From positions 132,941 to 196,940 of the forward strand of contig CALMAY010000037.1 of NCBI GenBank assembly GCA_937861125.1: DNA of 64,000 nt, read 5' to 3'. Shown here piece by piece: positions 1-8,925 of the stretch. Source of the stretch: an uncultured bacterium. Lineage in GTDB: Bacteria > Patescibacteriota > Patescibacteriia > Magasanikbacterales > UBA922. Made by a program: the position numbers and the translations under genes. Position 1 is the first letter of the stretch; every line of letters starts with the position of its first letter. The notes under the pieces were generated by a model, which did not search any database, was not told the origin of the DNA, and was given only the letters and a program-made list of their open reading frames with translations.

Positions 1-259
1 CTATTTGTATTGGTATTTGGTCATTTTTGTATACAACAGAATATACAAAAATGAAGATTCACCCGAAAAAGAGAGCAGATTAAGAGTTCTGTCTTTCTTG
101 CTATAAAAATAGTGAGAAGGACAGTGTGTGAGTTGCAATGAACTACATAAATAAGTATAGCATATTCTATACATTCTGTCAAGACTAGTAATATTTAGCT
201 GTATATAGCGTAAAAATGTCTATTTTTAGCATATTTTTGTCTACAAAAGTGTATACAAG

Positions 260-319
260 TGTGGATAAAAAGCGAGAGTTATCCCCATTTACCCACAGTT
301 ATACACAGAGTTATCCACA
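260..319. promoter_or_regulatory. cluster of four DnaA-box-like 9-mers (candidate oriC segment)
   Basis: TGTGGATAA 260-268 (perfect box, reverse orientation), TTATCCCCA 279-287, TTATACACA 299-307 and TTATCCACA 311-319 (perfect). They lie inside a ~460-bp AT-rich stretch with no convincing ORF. Confidence 0.4.
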
Positions 320-460
320 ATGTATAGAATAGTGTAGACAAACTTGATAATACCTTTTAGGTGTTTGTGGTGTATTATTACTTGGTATATTAAGTATGTG
401 TGCCCGATGTCTTTACTTTGTTTAAAAAGTGCAGTACAATCATAAACACTTTTGTTGTAT

Positions 461-541
461 GGGCTAGTGGTGAAATGGTATACACGAGAGACTTAAAATC
501 TCTTGACGAAAGTCGTGCGGGTTCGAGTCCCGCCTGGCCCA
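461..541 (+). tRNA. tRNA-Leu (anticodon UAA), type II with long variable arm
   Basis: Hand-folded cloverleaf: acceptor GGGCTAG/CTGGCCC, 3-bp D stem GTG/CAC, anticodon stem AGAGA/TCTCT with loop CTTAAAA, variable arm TGACGAAAGTCGT, T arm GCGGG-TTCGAGT-CCCGC. CCA is not encoded. Confidence 0.9.
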
Positions 542-596
542 CAGTCTCCTGCGGGAGAAAGGTACAAATTACAATAACCAAATTCAAATTTTTGTT

Positions 597-1292
597 ATGA
601 GTGATGGTGGGTCGATTCCAAAACATGTCGCTATAATAATGGATGGAAATCGTCGCTGGGCTACAGCGCATGGTTTACCGAAGTTGCTCGGCCACACCAA
701 GGGGGCAAATATAGCTAAACGAGTGGTGAAACGTGCTAGCGAACGTGGAGTAGAATACATTACTCTTTGGGCACTTTCAACGGAAAATGTGAAAGAACGA
801 ACCCCACAAGAGGTAGATCACTTATTTTCTTTATTAGAAAATGTTGTGGAGTATTTGGGTGAATTACTAGATGCTGGTGTGCGGTTTCAGGTAATTGGAA
901 ATATTGCAGAAATTCCACAGAAAGCTCAGCAGGTAGTATATGATGTGGTAGAACAGACAAAACATAACACTGGTATTGTGTTAACTTTAGCTATTAATTA
1001 TGGTGGCCGTGATGAGATTGTCCGCTTGGTGCAGCGATATGTACAGAGTGGACAGGGGGTTGGGGCGGTGACTGAGGAGGGTTTAGGGCAATATTTGGAT
1101 ACCGTAGGAATGCCTGAGCCTGATTTGATTATTCGTACGGGCGGTAAACATCGACTTTCTGGATTTTTACCTTGGCAAAGTGTGTATTCCGAGCTCTATT
1201 TTACTGATACCCTTTGGCCTGATTTTGATGAAGCGATGTTTGATGCAGCATTGGGGTGGTATGGGACGGTTGAGCGAAATTTTGGCAAGTAA
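597..1292 (+). CDS. uppS: undecaprenyl-diphosphate synthase (cis-prenyltransferase)
   Basis: 231 aa with the HVAIIMDGNRRWA and IRTGGKHRLSGFLPWQ motifs typical of UppS. Confidence 0.9.
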   Translation: MSDGGSIPKHVAIIMDGNRRWATAHGLPKLLGHTKGANIAKRVVKRASERGVEYITLWALSTENVKERTPQEVDHLFSLLENVVEYLGELLDAGVRFQVIGNIAEIPQKAQQVVYDVVEQTKHNTGIVLTLAINYGGRDEIVRLVQRYVQSGQGVGAVTEEGLGQYLDTVGMPEPDLIIRTGGKHRLSGFLPWQSVYSELYFTDTLWPDFDEAMFDAALGWYGTVERNFGK

Positions 1293-1297
1293 TCCCC

Positions 1298-1326
1298 TTG
1301 ACAACATCCAAGAGATTTGATATATT
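1298..1326 (+). promoter_or_regulatory. sigma70-type promoter of rpsF-ssb-rpsR
   Basis: TTGACA (1298-1303), 17-nt spacer, TATATT (1321-1326), about 35 nt upstream of the rpsF ATG. Confidence 0.55.
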
Positions 1327-1361
1327 CATCTTGAATTAAATGTAAAGACATTGTTTATATT

Positions 1362-1847
1362 ATGCAATACGAGCTTATCTATATTTTGCCAGGAACGCTT
1401 GCTGAGACTGAGGTCCAGACTGCGACACAGAAGATCAAAGAAATGATGACCGAAACAGGCGCATCAGATATAGTAGTTACAGAGGTTGGTAAAAATCGCC
1501 TCGCATATCCAATGAACCACATTCGTTATGGATATTTCTTTATCGCTCGTTTTGCTGCTGAGCAAAGTGCCGTTGAAGGTATCAAAGAAAAATTGCGTCT
1601 CAGTGGTGAGATCCTACGCATGATGATCACTGTGTATGATCCAAAACATCCAACTGAAGCAAAAATCAATTACCCTACACAAACAACACAAACAGCGGGA
1701 AAAGATTTGACAATGCCAGAACTTGCTGACGCACCAGTTGCAATCCACGCACGTGAAGATAAAAAAGCGATTGAGAAGCCAGTAGTAAGTATGGAAGAAA
1801 TTGGTGAGAAACTTGATGAAATTTTGGACAAAGATATTGTCGTCTAA
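1362..1847 (+). CDS. rpsF: 30S ribosomal protein bS6 with acidic C-terminal tail
   Basis: N-terminal ~95 aa look like bS6 (MQYELIYIL...KNRLAYP...GYFF). Gene order rpsF-ssb-rpsR is the conserved one. Confidence 0.9.
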   Translation: MQYELIYILPGTLAETEVQTATQKIKEMMTETGASDIVVTEVGKNRLAYPMNHIRYGYFFIARFAAEQSAVEGIKEKLRLSGEILRMMITVYDPKHPTEAKINYPTQTTQTAGKDLTMPELADAPVAIHAREDKKAIEKPVVSMEEIGEKLDEILDKDIVV

Positions 1848-1873
1848 ACATTTACTCATTTTCATTTACTTGT

Positions 1874-2308
1874 ATGGACCTAAACCGTGTCACTATTATC
1901 GGTCGCCTCACACGTGACCCAGAGGTAAGAACTACTCCAAATGGTAAAACGGTTGCGAGTATGTCTGTGGCGACAGGTCGTTCATGGGTAGATCAGTCAG
2001 GAGCCAAACAAGAGAAAACAGAGTTTCATAACTGTGTACTCTGGGGAAAACTTGGAGAGATTGCTGGTCAGTATTTGGCCAAAGGTCGCAAGGTGTATCT
2101 AGAAGGAAGACTCGAAACACGTGATTGGACAGGCACTGATGGAGTAAAAAAATATCGCACAGAAATAATTGCTGAAAACATGATCATGCTTGATGGGAAC
2201 AAAACTGGTGGTGCACCAAGTACACAGTTTAGCGATGGTGCTCCAATTCCATCAAGTCATGTAGAAGAAGTTGTGGAAGAAGTCAAAGTAGAGGATATTC
2301 CATTTTAA
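1874..2308 (+). CDS. ssb: single-stranded DNA-binding protein
   Basis: OB-fold N-terminus NRVTIIGRLTRDPEVRTTPNGK, flexible linker, acidic tail ending EDIPF. Confidence 0.9.
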   Translation: MDLNRVTIIGRLTRDPEVRTTPNGKTVASMSVATGRSWVDQSGAKQEKTEFHNCVLWGKLGEIAGQYLAKGRKVYLEGRLETRDWTGTDGVKKYRTEIIAENMIMLDGNKTGGAPSTQFSDGAPIPSSHVEEVVEEVKVEDIPF

Positions 2309-2338
2309 TTTATACCATTTTGAAACGTACCATTATCT

Positions 2339-2587
2339 ATGGCAGCTCCAAAAAAACGTAAAATAGTGAAAGCAATTAAAGAACGTCCAAGTGTCTGTCA
2401 CTTTTGTGCAAACAACAAGGTAGTACTTGATTATAAAGATCCTGCATTACTTCGCCGATTTGTTTCTTCATATTACAAAATTGCTCCACGCAAACGTAGT
2501 GGACTTTGTGCACTTCATCAACGTAAGTTGGCAAATGCAATTAAGCAAGCTCGTATTGCTGGTATCATGCCATTTATTGCTCGTTAA
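2339..2587 (+). CDS. rpsR: 30S ribosomal protein bS18
   Basis: LDYKDPALLRRFVS...KIAPRKRSGLCALHQRKLANAIKQAR. Confidence 0.9.
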   Translation: MAAPKKRKIVKAIKERPSVCHFCANNKVVLDYKDPALLRRFVSSYYKIAPRKRSGLCALHQRKLANAIKQARIAGIMPFIAR

Positions 2588-2616
2588 CAGTGGGCATGTA
2601 ACAAGTAACATATAAC

Positions 2617-2650
2617 AAACGAAACACAATGGTGTTTCGTTTTTGTTTTG
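2617..2650 (+). terminator. intrinsic terminator after rpsR
   Basis: AAACGAAACAC / GTGTTTCGTTT 11-bp stem, 4-nt loop, followed by TTGTTTTG. Confidence 0.65.
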
Positions 2651-2706
2651 CGTCTGTACATGGTACAATGTATGCTACATGGTATATGATACATGTGTAT
2701 CGCAAT

Positions 2707-3174
2707 ATGAACTCATTTGAAATAGAAAAAAAATTTGATACATTGCAAAAGAGGACTGTGGAAGCGGCGCGAGAGTCACGTGAAACAAGAGAAGCAGAAA
2801 CAGATCCAGAATTACAAGCAGCTGCAAGCAAAGAACGAGCCGATTATCTGGTCAAAGAGGTAAAAACAAATCAACAACAAGTGCAAAATATTGCTTTGCA
2901 TATTGTACAAGTACAACAAGCACTAAAAAAATTACGAGCAGAACTCCAGCTCAGTGAACAAGGTGATAGTATGTCAGTTCAGCAAGATAGAGCGCGAATT
3001 GAGATACTCAAAAAACAGATTAGTGAATATATAGGTGAACTGGTCGCGATGAAAGAGGATTTAATACGATTTGAAATACAAGAGTTAGAAAAACAAAATG
3101 TACCACAAGACGTGCGAGAACATCTCGCGCAGCAGAGGGTGGATGCGCTCCTCCAACAATTACAAACCACATAA
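2707..3174 (+). CDS. hypothetical coiled-coil protein
   Basis: The ORF track starts at 2629, but that start runs through the rpsR terminator. ATG 2707 (MNSFEIEKKF) is the first start beyond it. The sequence is heptad-like and E/Q/K-rich, with no recognised family. Confidence 0.45.
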   Translation: MNSFEIEKKFDTLQKRTVEAARESRETREAETDPELQAAASKERADYLVKEVKTNQQQVQNIALHIVQVQQALKKLRAELQLSEQGDSMSVQQDRARIEILKKQISEYIGELVAMKEDLIRFEIQELEKQNVPQDVREHLAQQRVDALLQQLQTT

Positions 3175-3175
3175 T

Positions 3176-5068
3176 GTGATACAGAGAAATTTTCATGTAT
3201 ACAAAGGTGTTTTACTTCTTGATTCTCTCATTGGGATTGGGGTGTTTTTGTTGTTTACGGTTGGTATTTATTCTGGTATTCAATATACTTTTACGTCGGT
3301 GTATGTGTCTCGTGTGCGAATTTTGGAGACATCTATCTTGAATGAACAGATGGAGCTGGTACGCAATCTCGCGTTTGATGATATTGGTATAGTACAGGGT
3401 GCGCCAGCGGGTGTATTGCAGCGTACTGTGACCACTACGAGAAATGGAATTGAGTTTGTCATTACTCGAACAGTGCGAAGCATTGATGATGGATTTGATG
3501 GTGTGATTGGTGGCGGCAATGATGGAAAATCAACCATTTGTCATAACGGCAACACACTCCGTGTTGGTGCGCCTGCACAACAGGCACACATCAATCATGG
3601 GGATACATCTGGTCCGTGTCCAGGAGACAGTGAACCAACACTGCAAAACGACCTTTCTCCTGCTGATTATAAAATGGTACAGTTCGATATTATTTGTGCG
3701 TCTTGCAACCAGCGACAGCCGCTTTCTGCAACAACATATGTGGGTCCAAAGTTTCTCGAAGGCGATCCTACGCATGGGGCGCTCAAGGTGGTGGTGATTG
3801 ATAGCGAGGGTCAACCGGTAGTAGATGCAGATGTGCATATTGTTGCGACCAGTACTGACCCAACGTATGATTTTGTTGATACGACAAATAATTCTGGTGA
3901 GTTGCTCATACCAGATTTGGATGCTGGGCAAAATGCGTATTCAATAACTGTCTCAAAAAGTGGATATACGACTGATCAAACACGTAATACGATTGCTAAT
4001 CCAATGAAGCCACCAGCTTCTGTGGTAGCACAAGATATTCAGACGGTTACGTTTGAGATTGATGAGGCAGCTACCATGGATATCACTGCGTATACAGCGG
4101 TATGTACACCCATCTCTGGTGCATCAATTCGTACTATGGGAACGGTGGTTATTGGAACAGCACCAAACACCTTGTTGGTAGACACAACAAATAATACTTC
4201 TGGATCAGGGAATATTACACTGAGTTCATTACGTTGGGATGACTATGTGTTTGATGCGACTGGGTATAACATTGTTGGCGCGATTCCAATGATGGCTGTT
4301 CGTCTATTGCCTGGAGAAGAAAAGCCAGTTACATTGATTTTGGGGAGTGCTAGTACACACTCATTATTGATGCATGTACAAGACAATGTTTCTCTCCAAC
4401 CCATCTCAAACGCGACTGTCACGTTGACAGGAAGTGGTTATTCGCAAGAGAAAGAGACAGGGGTGGGACATGTGCGCCAAAGTGATTGGTCACTTGGTAT
4501 TGGTGGTGAAACGTTTACTGAAGGATATTTTGGGCAGAGTGATGGCAATATCGTATTTACAAATTCACCTGGAAATGTGATGTTACGTCATAATGGTATT
4601 TCTTATGTTTCCTCTGGTGTACTTGAGTCTGCTACGTTTGATGTGGGTGTGTCTGCAAACTTTGTGTCTCTTGTGTGGGAACCACTTGCACAACCATCAC
4701 AAACAGATATAGCATTTCAAGTCGCTGTGAGTAATAGTTCAACACCAAGTGTATGGGAATATCGTGGACCAGATGGAACAGCAAATACATACTATACTAT
4801 ACAAAATAGTTCATTAAGTGGTGTGTCTGGCCAGTATATACGATATAAGGTATTTTTAACTTCAGAAGCTGGTAATGATACTCCAACACTTTCGGACGTT
4901 GCACTGAGTTACACAACAAGCTGTACCCCACCAGGGCAGTCATATTTTGGTGGTTTGAGCAATCAGACATATACAGCGGTTGTTACCGCAGATGGGTACG
5001 CACCAGTATCTATTGATATTGGAGTAAATGGTGAGACACGGTATGTCGCCAATATGACACCACTGTAA
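3176..5068 (+). CDS. large (630 aa) type IV prepilin-like protein
   Basis: An in-frame GTG at 3176 lies directly after the upstream stop. It gives the leader (M)IQRNFHVYKG followed by VLLLDSLIGIGVFLLF, which is a G(-1)/acidic(+5) prepilin pattern plus a hydrophobic helix. The long C-terminal region is T/S/G-rich and probably beta-rich. The upstream part of the 3098 ORF overlaps the previous gene. Confidence 0.5.
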   Translation: MIQRNFHVYKGVLLLDSLIGIGVFLLFTVGIYSGIQYTFTSVYVSRVRILETSILNEQMELVRNLAFDDIGIVQGAPAGVLQRTVTTTRNGIEFVITRTVRSIDDGFDGVIGGGNDGKSTICHNGNTLRVGAPAQQAHINHGDTSGPCPGDSEPTLQNDLSPADYKMVQFDIICASCNQRQPLSATTYVGPKFLEGDPTHGALKVVVIDSEGQPVVDADVHIVATSTDPTYDFVDTTNNSGELLIPDLDAGQNAYSITVSKSGYTTDQTRNTIANPMKPPASVVAQDIQTVTFEIDEAATMDITAYTAVCTPISGASIRTMGTVVIGTAPNTLLVDTTNNTSGSGNITLSSLRWDDYVFDATGYNIVGAIPMMAVRLLPGEEKPVTLILGSASTHSLLMHVQDNVSLQPISNATVTLTGSGYSQEKETGVGHVRQSDWSLGIGGETFTEGYFGQSDGNIVFTNSPGNVMLRHNGISYVSSGVLESATFDVGVSANFVSLVWEPLAQPSQTDIAFQVAVSNSSTPSVWEYRGPDGTANTYYTIQNSSLSGVSGQYIRYKVFLTSEAGNDTPTLSDVALSYTTSCTPPGQSYFGGLSNQTYTAVVTADGYAPVSIDIGVNGETRYVANMTPL

Positions 5069-5069
5069 T

Positions 5070-5690
5070 ATGTTTTTGTTGTCTCATAACAAACAAGCAG
5101 GTTTTACTCTTCTTGAGGTGATTGTTGCTCTGGGTATTTTTACCTTATTTGTTGGTACTGTTATTATGCTGTTTTCGACTGGGTATTCGTATAATCTGAT
5201 TTTGTGGGAACAACTTGCGACGCAAAATGATGGTCGTAAAGCATTGAGACTTATTGCAGATGATGTGCGACGGGCCGAAGAATCTAGTATTGGGAGTTAT
5301 CCTCTTGCGACGGTTGGTCCGTATGAATTAGTACTGTATGCAAATGATGATGAAGATATTGCACGTGAACGAATTCGATACTATGTCGATAATCAGACAC
5401 TCTATCGAGGGGTCGTGCAGCCGGCAGGTACACCGCTTTCGTATACGACATCTACAGAGGTGTCGACAGAGGTTGCCCAGGCAGTAGTCAATGTGTCAAA
5501 AAACGTACCGATATTCCTTTATTTTGACGAGTCGTTTACAGGAGCACAGAATCCACTTACACAGCCTGTAGATATTACAGTGGTTCGTCTCATCAAAGCA
5601 CAGCTTGAATTAGAAGCTGACCCTACACAGAGTCCGGTCCCGCTTCATGTAGAAACATATGCACATATTCGCAATCTCAAAACAAATTAA
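5070..5690 (+). CDS. prepilin-type N-terminal cleavage/methylation domain protein (minor pilin/pseudopilin)
   Basis: Canonical MFLLSHNKQAG|FTLLEVIVALGIFTLFV motif (G-1, F+1, E+5). Confidence 0.8.
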   Translation: MFLLSHNKQAGFTLLEVIVALGIFTLFVGTVIMLFSTGYSYNLILWEQLATQNDGRKALRLIADDVRRAEESSIGSYPLATVGPYELVLYANDDEDIARERIRYYVDNQTLYRGVVQPAGTPLSYTTSTEVSTEVAQAVVNVSKNVPIFLYFDESFTGAQNPLTQPVDITVVRLIKAQLELEADPTQSPVPLHVETYAHIRNLKTN

Positions 5691-7104
5691 AGATTTTTTT
5701 TCTATACAAGTACGAAGAGGTTCATCGCTGATTCTGTTTACGTTGGTATTTGGTACTATTACTGTTTCTATGATTGTGTTGGGTGTAGCGCAGTATGCTC
5801 TGACAGAGTACAAGGCGTCGATCCATACGTATCATCGCGATGTGGCATTGCATATTGCAGAAGCTGGTATACAGTATTATCGTTGGCATCTCGCACATGA
5901 TAGCGATGATTTTTTTGATGGTACTGGCGGACTTCCTGGTCCGTATCAGCATGAGTTTTATGATAAAAACGGTGATGTACTTGGGTATTTTTCACTTGAG
6001 ATAACTCCACCTGCAAGTGGTTCTACTATTGTGGTAGTAAAGTCTACTGGTTGGACGACCAATCAACCACAATCAAGCCGTACTATTTCGGTTCGTCTTG
6101 GGTTTCCAGCTTTGACAGATTATGCGTTTATCCAAAATGGAAATATGTCGTTTAGTGCTACGACTCAGGTGCATGGCAAGGTGCATAGTAATGGTGGTAT
6201 TGAGTTTAATGGCACCACCGATGCGCTTATTGAGAGCGCCAAGACGACATATACAGTGAATGGACAAACAAAAAATGGTGTTTGGGGAATTGGTGGACCA
6301 CAAGAATTTTGGAACTTTCCTGTTCCAGCAAAAGATTTTGTCGGTATTACTGCTGACCTGACAGCTATAAAGACAATGGCGCAAAATGGCGGTCTGTATT
6401 TTAATTCTACGGGTCAACAGGGGTATCAGGCAGTGTTTCTATCCAATGGAACGTTTCAGTTGTATCGTATTCGCAATGTTGATTGTTATAATGGGTATAA
6501 TATAAGCGGGTCTTATGGAAGTGGCTCACTGTGCTATGATGAACGTCAGAGTAATCGAGTTAATCTCGGTAACTATGCTATTCCAAGTAATGGCGTTATC
6601 TTTTTTGAAGATCATGTCTGGGTAGAGGGAGTGGTTGATGGGCGAGTGACATTGGCCGCTGGGCGTTTTCCTGTTGTCTCATCGCAATATCGAAATATCT
6701 ACATATCAGACAACCTAACATATGAACAAAAATCTGGTGATGACGTGCTTGGATTAATTGCACAAGGATATATTATCGTTCCGCACAATGTGCCAACAAA
6801 TATGGAAATAAATGCAGCTGCGCTGTCACAGTTCCGCTCCATTTATCGACCGCACTATCGAAATGTTGGGTGTACCAATTGTGGAAGCACAAGTGCTGTG
6901 AATGCAACGCGTAACTCTCTTTCATTTTTTGGTTCACAAATCTCATACGAGACAGGTGGGTGGAAATATATTTCAGGTAATACTGTTGTGTCAGGATTTA
7001 TAAATACAAATCACACATATGATGGAAATCTACTGTACACTATTCCACCAGGATTTCCTGTAGGAGAAACATATGAATTAATTAGTTGGGAAGAAATATT
7101 GTAA
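5659..7104 (+). CDS. PilX-N-like pilus-associated protein (481 aa)
   Basis: N-terminus RRGSSLILFTLVFGTITVSMIVLGV resembles the PilX N-terminal anchor. It overlaps the preceding pilin gene by 32 nt. The rest is unrecognised. Confidence 0.45.
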   Translation: MHIFAISKQIKDFFSIQVRRGSSLILFTLVFGTITVSMIVLGVAQYALTEYKASIHTYHRDVALHIAEAGIQYYRWHLAHDSDDFFDGTGGLPGPYQHEFYDKNGDVLGYFSLEITPPASGSTIVVVKSTGWTTNQPQSSRTISVRLGFPALTDYAFIQNGNMSFSATTQVHGKVHSNGGIEFNGTTDALIESAKTTYTVNGQTKNGVWGIGGPQEFWNFPVPAKDFVGITADLTAIKTMAQNGGLYFNSTGQQGYQAVFLSNGTFQLYRIRNVDCYNGYNISGSYGSGSLCYDERQSNRVNLGNYAIPSNGVIFFEDHVWVEGVVDGRVTLAAGRFPVVSSQYRNIYISDNLTYEQKSGDDVLGLIAQGYIIVPHNVPTNMEINAAALSQFRSIYRPHYRNVGCTNCGSTSAVNATRNSLSFFGSQISYETGGWKYISGNTVVSGFINTNHTYDGNLLYTIPPGFPVGETYELISWEEIL

Positions 7105-7159
7105 TAGTGTACTATATTTTGTTCGTACTATTTGATATACTACTAAAAAAGAAAAATCT

Positions 7160-8020
7160 ATGTTTTTTTCTATGAAAAAACCAATTGTTCGTAAGGGTGT
7201 GATTACTGTAGCAGGTCTTGGAACTCGTTTTTTGCCAGCCACCAAAGCGATGCCAAAAGAAATGCTCCCAGTGCTTGATAAACCGGTTGTACAATATATA
7301 GTAGAAGAGATGGTGGGTAGTGGCATTACAGACATTATGTTTGTGACGAGTAGTCAAAAACGTGCTATAGAAGATCATTTTGATCGTGATTACGATTTTG
7401 AAGAATATCTCAAAAAGAAAGGAAAGTTGGATCGTATTGCTTCACTTATTGATCTCAATGAAAAAGTACGTTTTTTCTATACACGTCAAAGTGCACCGCT
7501 AGGTAATGGTCATGCATTGCTTTGTGCCAAAGAATTTTGTGGAGACGAACCATTTGTATTTTCTGATGGTGATAGTATTATTGATGCTAAAACACCAGTA
7601 CTCAAACAACTCATTAAAGTTTTTGGAGACAAGCAGTCATCTGTGATCGGGGTGCAAAAAATTTCTGATACAGCTGCAATGACAAAGTACGGTAATGTCT
7701 ATGGCAAAAAAGCGGGAAGTGACAAGGTGTTTCGAGTAGAAAAATTTGTAGAAAAACCAACAGTAGATAAAGTGTCTCCTCATGGGCTTATTGTTGGTGG
7801 AATGCGTTACGTTTTGACAAATGATATTTGGAAACATTTAGAATCACAGGGTGAAGGGCGAGATGGTGAGATTTGGCTCTCAGATGCAGCCAACTCTTTG
7901 GCACAGAAAAAACCATTCTTTGCCTACGAATACGAAGGATTGTATCTCGATACAGGTACACCCGAGGCGCTTCTCAAGGCGACGATGCATTTCGCAAAAA
8001 AACAAGGGATATTATCATAA
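7160..8020 (+). CDS. galU: UTP--glucose-1-phosphate uridylyltransferase
   Basis: VITVAGLGTRFLPATKAMPKEMLPVLDKPVVQYIVEE is the GalU signature. The start may instead be ATG 7172. Confidence 0.85.
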   Translation: MFFSMKKPIVRKGVITVAGLGTRFLPATKAMPKEMLPVLDKPVVQYIVEEMVGSGITDIMFVTSSQKRAIEDHFDRDYDFEEYLKKKGKLDRIASLIDLNEKVRFFYTRQSAPLGNGHALLCAKEFCGDEPFVFSDGDSIIDAKTPVLKQLIKVFGDKQSSVIGVQKISDTAAMTKYGNVYGKKAGSDKVFRVEKFVEKPTVDKVSPHGLIVGGMRYVLTNDIWKHLESQGEGRDGEIWLSDAANSLAQKKPFFAYEYEGLYLDTGTPEALLKATMHFAKKQGILS

Positions 8021-8026
8021 TCATAT

Positions 8027-8836
8027 ATGACCATTTTACAAAAAACCAGTGCGGTGTTGGTGGCGGCGGTTTTTTGTTTTTTGTTTATGGATAGTGTAAA
8101 AGCAGAAGATTTATATTGTAATTGTGATTATGAAATTACAATATCAGGATGTCGTGGGCAACGACAAGGTACAAGTATGCCAGTAGAAACTGGAGGAACA
8201 TATTTTGTGAGATTTCCGTTTGAGTTGGATGGGAGCAAGACGCTTGAGGGTATAGAAAGTGCGATGAATGGGTTCATTGTTGCTTCGTGTGCTGGTAAGG
8301 TAGTTGCTGCGGTTGATGCAGCAAATAGTCGGGCTATACATACCACGTGGCATGGAGTAACTACTCCTATAACAAGTAGTACGTGTGCCGGACGTTTTAA
8401 TGCTGGACCACCAGTTAGTTTGGATGGTGGCGTTGACATACCTGGTAGTTTGATAAGCATTTCCTGTTCTGTTGGAGCGTTAGGTGTCTCTGCGCCAGCA
8501 CCGTCTTTGGCGGCTGCAGTACCGGCGTACGAACCCATTGCCTGGAGCTTCCCGACAGACAAAATAAACGCACTCAATAAAGTGGGAATTTCTGGAACAG
8601 GGACAACGCAGGTGCAGCTACTGATCGGTCGTTTGATAAAATACGTTGTTGGTTTTTTGGGTGCATTGGCACTATGTCTTGTCATTTATTCAGGACTTCG
8701 ATTTATGCTTTCAGAAGGAGATGAGGGAAAACAAGAAGAGTCTCTAAAAATGATGTTGTGGGCAGGAGTTGGTATTGTGGCGTTACTTGGCAGTTATTCG
8801 ATGGTGACGTTTGTACTGGGTGTTTTGAGAATTTAG
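8027..8836 (+). CDS. secreted two-TM pilin-like protein (TrbC/VirB2-type topology), family member 1/11
   Basis: Signal peptide MTILQKTSAVLVAAVFCFLFMDSVKA, a Cys-containing variable region, and the C-terminal core LVIYSGLRFMLSEGDEGKQEESLKMMLWAGVGIVALLGSYSMV. Confidence 0.6.
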   Translation: MTILQKTSAVLVAAVFCFLFMDSVKAEDLYCNCDYEITISGCRGQRQGTSMPVETGGTYFVRFPFELDGSKTLEGIESAMNGFIVASCAGKVVAAVDAANSRAIHTTWHGVTTPITSSTCAGRFNAGPPVSLDGGVDIPGSLISISCSVGALGVSAPAPSLAAAVPAYEPIAWSFPTDKINALNKVGISGTGTTQVQLLIGRLIKYVVGFLGALALCLVIYSGLRFMLSEGDEGKQEESLKMMLWAGVGIVALLGSYSMVTFVLGVLRI

Positions 8837-8907
8837 ATTAAGAATTAGATTGAGATAAATTTCTGTTATTATTACTTTTGTTCGGTATTAATGTTACGCA
8901 CAGTCTG

Positions 8908-8916
8908 TGGTATAAT
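8908..8916 (+). promoter_or_regulatory. extended -10 element (TGGTATAAT) upstream of the solute-binding lipoprotein gene
   Basis: TGG+TATAAT ends 9 nt before ATG 8926, which implies a nearly leaderless mRNA. I found no clear -35. Confidence 0.35.
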
Positions 8917-8925
8917 ACACTGTAT

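Noticed and set aside
2629-2706. Longer N-terminus (MVFRFCFASVHGT...) for the coiled-coil protein
   Set aside because: It would be translated through the rpsR terminator hairpin (2617-2650) and an extended -10-like TGGTACAAT (2661-2669). The start was trimmed to ATG 2707.
8128-8685. 185-aa minus-strand ORF (and 8144-8353) antisense to pilin-like paralog 1
   Set aside because: It is a shadow ORF of a gene with a clear signal-peptide/two-TM architecture on the + strand. It has no start context and no recognisable features.
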